20,000 nucleotides of DNA from Rozella allomycis CSF55. Taxonomy: Eukaryota. The notes beneath the pieces were generated by a model. That model searched no databases. It had not been told where the DNA came from and saw only the letters and a list, made by a program, of their open reading frames with translations. The position numbers were made by a program, and so were the translations under genes. Below are positions 19,831-20,000 of this stretch, piece after piece. Numbering within the stretch: position 1 is the first letter of the stretch; each line of letters opens with the position of its first letter. The stretch spans positions 44,248 through 64,247 of the forward strand of contig KE560565.1 in the NCBI GenBank assembly GCA_000442015.1. The letters are read 5' to 3'.

Positions 19831-20000
19831 AGACATGAGGCCATTTGATATAATCAAAGGTAAATAGCTTGATTTGAAATACCCATAAGGCGATGGTTTC
19901 AAAAATTATAGCCAGAATTAATTAACATCGGCGCTAAATATGGGAAGATCGACTTTGAGGACGTCACATGTGATCCCACCACTTTGTCACGTAATGTTAA

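Overview
AT-rich eukaryotic genomic DNA with two zones. The ultra-short GT-AG introns and compact genes suggest an early-diverging fungus or Rozellomycota-like opisthokont; this is inference. Zone 1 (1-7000) holds two intact, divergently transcribed genes 290 bp apart. One is a USP36-like deubiquitinase (- strand, 4 exons, ~571 aa). The other is a ~1430-aa RhoGEF (+ strand, ~19 introns of 24-31 nt) with the unusual order FERM-SH3-FERM-CH-DH-PH-coiled coil. Zone 2 (7000-20000) is a transposon and pseudogene graveyard. It contains a partly tandem-duplicated unit made of an unknown gene, a MULE transposase and a protein kinase, with a ~520-bp inversion that swaps the 3' ends of the transposase and kinase. 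It also contains a complete 781-bp non-autonomous hAT element with an 8-bp TSD, an internally deleted Helitron/Helentron-like element, and a decayed Ty1/copia element with a ~119-bp LTR. The copia carries two nested DNA transposons: a 9-bp-TSD element and a BED-finger hAT. Seven single Ns mark contig joins, and several duplications beside them are probably assembly or haplotype artefacts. All exon models and domain calls were made by eye, without database searches.
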